A stretch of DNA of 63,864 nt, the filler included, from Octopus bimaculoides (lineage: Eukaryota): NCBI RefSeq assembly GCF_001194135.2. It is 5 parts of 5 records of this genome, joined end to end, with 100 filler letters (N's around TTAATTAATTAA, not from the genome) between each part and the next. Parts side by side here need not be neighbours in the genome. Positions count along the whole stretch, not along the records: positions 57,414 to 60,878 come from NW_026426433.1; positions 60,979 to 63,864 come from NC_068997.1; 3 more parts are not named here. The stretch is one strand, 5' to 3'. This document shows, piece by piece, positions 58,851 through 63,864 of this stretch. Within the stretch, counting starts at the first letter, position 1; every line of letters starts with the position of its first letter. The notes below the pieces were generated by a model. The model had not been told where the DNA came from, did no database searches, and worked only from the letters and a program-made list of their open reading frames with translations. The position numbers and the translations under genes are program-made.

Positions 58851-61274
58851 ATCATACATTATATTCACCCTCTCACTATTACTCTATTTCTTACACTTTT
58901 TACACTTACAACCTCTATGCACCTCTACTCTTCCTGTTTTTCTGTCCACTCATATTGACTTTCTTGTACCTTAAGAGCTCACAAGGACACCATGTCACAT
59001 CTTTCTCTCTTTCCAGCTTCACCCTGATTACTCCCATCTACTCTTGCATAACATATGTATGTATGTGCACTGTGATAAATATACATTTTGTAAATAAACA
59101 CCTTCTTGCCATTCTCTACTATTATTAATATTAATAATACTTGTTTTTAACTTCAGCACAATGACTAATTTTGAAGAGATGGGAAAGTCAATTTATACAA
59201 GCCTGGTGCACATAAATTATTTTACTGACTCTAGAAGTTGACCTGGGTCAAGTGCAAACTCAGCACCTAAAATGATATAGCTAAATAGCACAAAGCATCT
59301 TGTCTGCATCTCTATCCAGTCAATCCTTCAATAATCTTCTTCATAAGGCAAAAGGCCATTTTTCTGGAGGCAACAGAATAACAGAATAATATTACTGATT
59401 TCTTATAACTGATACAAGGGAGCACATTAGGAATCAGTGAAGACTCTAGTAATCAACAGATAATCACATTATCAATTCTGGGAGAATTAGATAAACTTAT
59501 AATAACAAAACTACTAATTTCTAGGACTAGCACAAGGTAACACATATCGAGGAAATGAATACAGTTCGTTGATTAAACAGGTCTGTTCCCCTAGATGGAT
59601 GAATATGAAAGGTAACTCAACTACTATTTGAACTCTGAATGCAAAAGGATGCAATTAAATGCCACATTTTATTCAGCACTCTAACAATTCTAACAGCCAC
59701 CATTCTTATCACAATAATTACAATAATGTCTTAACAAAAATAATAATAATAGCAACAATAATAAAAATTTATAAATAACAGCGAAAACATAAATCCTTAA
59801 AGTAATCATGAATTTCCAATAATACTATTACTATTTGTCAGATTATGTGGAACCTGAGCAAAGAATTCCAATTTGTGAAAACTTATACTTACCAAAAAAC
59901 AAATTTTAATTGTTAACCTAAGTCTGAGAAATATCTTATTAGAAATATTTTTTAAATAAACAAAGAAAATAAATATTGAATACACTACCATTTTAGCTGT
60001 CAGCTAAAGCAGATTTTCCAGAGAAGTTTAACTAAAGACAAATTACATACATCCAACTCGACTAGTATAATGGCAGAGTAAATGTGCAGATCATTAAGTT
60101 AGAATTTGACCTCACTGAAGTCCAGTAGAGATAAGCTAACTCATTATCAAAAGAGAAATGAAAAGACAAAATATGTTATCACAACACACCTGACCTATTT
60201 CATCTGTAAAACTTGTTAGGATACATAATAATCCTATATCTCTAAGTATAACTGTCATAGAATTTAATCATGAGACAATAAACAATCTGCCTGGATGAAA
60301 ACAAATATGTCTAGCGCAACAAAATGTAAACCAATGTGCAAGTTCCAATATTCCAAAATGTAAACTGATTCGCATATTCTATGCTAACACAGCAAAAGGA
60401 ATTAAAGCAGACATAGCAACCTATAACAATTAGTTTACACACACAAAATGATTTTGTTTAGTTGGATACGATAAAGAGTCACAAGTTCAGAAGAACATGC
60501 ATATAACTCCATTTGTTTAAACTTGTATTTATTCAATATACCTGAAATTAACAGGGAGTTTCTACCTCATAAACAGGAGTTACACCAAAGATGTTTTGTG
60601 GACTTTGCTACCCTGGTAATTATTAACCATTTTATTTTGTCAGAGTTAATTATTAAGTAAGAGAAAATAAATACATATAATTGAATATATATATATATAT
60701 TTGTTCATATGATGATATCTCCACAATGTGTTGATGAGAAAAGCATGTAATCGCTACCAATATATATATATGTATATATACATAGTTTCAAAAAAACACA
60801 AAAAACAATAACAAAAAAAACAACAAAATGAGGAAGTGATACGGATAGTGTTATTGGACGCTCGGGAAAGGAAGGAGANNNNNNNNNNNNNNNNNNNNNN
60901 NNNNNNNNNNNNNNNNNNNNNNTTAATTAATTAANNNNNNNNNNNNNNNNNNNNNNNNNNNNNNNNNNNNNNNNNNNNTGTTAATCTATATATATATATG
61001 TGAATGTATGTACACTCGCATACACACATATGTTTGTATGTATTCATGTATGTATTTGCACGGCATAAATATATGTGCACGTTTGCTAAATAGGTTAAGT
61101 GGAAACCTAGTGGGCGGGGATGAGTAGACTGGCACTCTTTTGCTTGTAGTATTCTACATAATGGCGGTAGTAGAGTTGGTGGTGTTGATAACGGTGGTAG
61201 AGACGACGGCAGTGGTGCTGTTGGTGGTGCTGTTGGTGGTAGTCGTGATGACAACGTTGTGGTGTTTCTGTTGG

Positions 61275-61430
61275 GTGGTGATGGTGGTGGTCGTGGTGGT
61301 GATGGTGGTGGTCGTGGTGGTAATGGTGGTGGTCGTGGTGGTGATGGTGGTGGTCGTGGTGGTGATGGTGGTGGTCGTGGTGGTGATGGTGGTGGTCGTG
61401 GTGGTGATGGTGGTGGTCGTGGTGTTGATG
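61275..61430. repeat. 21-bp tandem repeat (GTGATGGTGGTGGTCGTGGTG) x ~7 within a GGT-rich tract
   Basis: Directly visible; it produces the spurious poly-V, poly-T and poly-G ORFs in the track. Confidence 0.9.
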
Positions 61431-62397
61431 GTTGTGCTAATGGTGGGCTGGTGGTGTAAAGAATTCTGAAACACCGGGAGAGAAGCTTAAATTAACGAGT
61501 GTTAGATTAAACACGAACAAACTAACATTACTGAGTTAATGATGTGGACGTGAACAAACGAGCAGAACCGGGAAATTCGAAAACTTATCAATTTTCTTAT
61601 TGATATTATGCTATATTTATTGCATATTTCATCAATCAAATTATTTATATTGCGCAAAGTCTCTCTCTCTCTCTGTCTGTGTATATATACACAAGATAAT
61701 ATTACGTAGAAATATATTAATCAAATGGACGTATTGTTGTTGCTTTACACACACACACACATATATATGTATATATATATATATANNNNNNNNNNNNNNN
61801 NNNNNNNNNNNNNNNNNNNNNNNNNNNNNNNNNNNNNNNNNNNNNNNNNNNNNNNNNNNNNNNNNNNNNNNNNNNNNNNNNNNNNNNNNNNNNNNNNNNN
61901 NNNNNNNNNNNNNNNNNNNNNNNNNNNNNNNNNNNNNNNNNNNNNNNNNNNNNNNNNNNNNNNNNNNNNNNNNNNNNNNNNNNNNNNNNNNNNNGAGAGA
62001 GAGGCAGAGAGAGAGAGAGAGAGAGGCAGAGAGAGAGAGAGAGAGATGCAGAGAGAGAGAGAGAGATAGATAGTATATCAACAAATATTTATAAGTGTTG
62101 GTGTATATAAATGTACATATAAATCTTTGTGCAGGCGCGCACACATACACGTCGCGGGTTTAACTGATGAGGCAACGGAAATTGCTGAAACCGACGTCAG
62201 TATTGATAATTTGCGATCAGTACTTTTCGGACAATTATAATCTCTGTTAGTGTATATGTTTTCATTCACGAGCGTTAACTACGCCATTGGATCGCTTTCA
62301 TTCTTATTTCTAGCAATCTAGGTGTTTACTAACACACTACTTCATTTAGTGACAAATATAATTCTAGTTTATGGTGAAACATTGCAGAGTGCTGTTT

Positions 62398-62429
<32 letters not shown>

Positions 62430-63771
62430 ATTGAATAAAATCGTCAATCCATACGTATTGGCTGTTTATATATTTATATACACAGACACACACATTGAAG
62501 GCCTATCATCAGAGACATTCTAGTCATGATCATCCTGTAATATATTGCAGTATGGAATGTCTAAGAATACTTTATCAAAACGTCTTCATTTTAACTCATT
62601 AAGGAATGCTGGAAGGAAAATATTCAGATGATATTTGCAGAAGATCGAAGGAAGGCACCCAGTCTCTACATGTCTCGAATTCTCTAATGGTGGGTGTGCT
62701 AAATAGGAAGATTCTCGCGCGGTGTATTGTTTACGGAGATAGAGAAAACATAAAAAATCACTGATAGCTGTTGGCTATGGTTTCTTATAGAAACTGCTAA
62801 TAATCATGTGAGGCACTGTGAAGAATGGCAAAGTAAAATAATGGAAACAAAAAGGAAGGAGAAATAGAACAAAACGGATAGAAACATCGAAATACTATTT
62901 TTACTATGTGATGAATGAAAGAGAATTGGTATTGAAGTGTTGGGCATATAAAGGAAAATTCCGTAAATAAAAGAAGTCCAGCTGATCCATGATCTAGCGC
63001 AATAATCCTTCCGAAAGAATACTCTATAACTGTGTTTAGTTTACACACTATTTTCGTTTTCTTTTGCTTTTTTAATATCCTTCTTTTAATTCCTTTCTTA
63101 GATCCCATAGTCATCATAAAAATCAAAAGCAAAGAATGAAGGCGAGTGAAAAGAAGAAATATCTGAAAAATGCAAATGGAAAAGAAAAGAAAAAAACAAG
63201 AAAACAATTACTCATATCACAAGCAGAAAATTATTGCGTTGCGCATTTCACGCAAGCTGGTTTCTATGGATTAAAAGAAGATTCCTTTTAAAACTTTGTA
63301 CAGGGCATTCTAGTTGAATACAGCACATTTTCCGAAAACCGTATGTTATCTAGGAAACCATGCGTCTATGTTACCATTGTATTACACTGATATTGTTTCA
63401 AAAAAAAAGTACCATTATGTTAGCGCAACGCTTCTAATACAATATAATACAATATCGTTGTGGTATCGAATACATGTTATAATATTAATTACTATTGCAT
63501 TAGATGTGCTAATACAATATATTTATGACATATAGATAGATCTATATACACCTAGCTGTCCAGCTTCATGCATATTGTTCTCGCGCTCATTTTTTCTCTA
63601 CGTATAAGTGGTTCTGTCACAATCTATTTCACTCAATTTCTCTCCTCCAACTCTTCTCTCCTCAACGTACTTACTTTCTCCCTCGGTCCCTCTCCGTATG
63701 TATGTATGTATGTATGTATGTATGTATGTATGTATGTATGCGTGTCTATGTGAGTATCTATATGTATATAC

Positions 63772-63808
<37 letters not shown>

Positions 63809-63864
63809 CGTGTATATATGAACATATATATATATGTATATTTTTGTGTTTATATATATATATA

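Noticed and set aside
61140-61474. Poly-Val, poly-Thr and Gly-rich ORFs
   Set aside because: All three arise from a GGT-rich 21-bp tandem repeat, and there is no splice or homology support.

Overview
This is an AT-rich, intron-rich animal genomic window from a draft assembly with many N gaps, four of which carry a TTAATTAATTAA linker. The repeat families and microsatellites suggest an octopus or other cephalopod (inference). Two protein-coding genes can be rebuilt by hand, both on the minus strand. (1) A Patched-domain/sterol-sensing (PTCHD3/Ptr-like) gene: 11 phase-consistent exons from 50922 down to 23693 (602 codons), with an intact GxxxDD motif and an unusual cysteine-rich insert in the second luminal loop. 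(2) The 3' part of Cullin-3: six exons from 17730 down to 8793, including a minor-spliceosome (U12) intron that appears to be AT-AT rather than AT-AC. A further strong, phase-compatible exon (12172-12331) that looks like the PTCHD continuation lies inside a CUL3 intron. No upstream CUL3 exon is visible in the 46 kb above 17730. The two same-strand genes therefore appear interleaved, unless the scaffold is misjoined at the unsized gap 23178-23277. The rest is transposon-derived: piggyBac, two Gypsy-type LTR elements, a solo LTR, a TRIM-like element with an internal tandem array, mariner and maT (DD37D) elements, RTE and RLE LINE fragments, and several tRNA-derived SINE families. There are no bacterial features, CRISPR arrays, rRNA or true tRNA genes. 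Repeat boundaries given as approximate were judged by eye.
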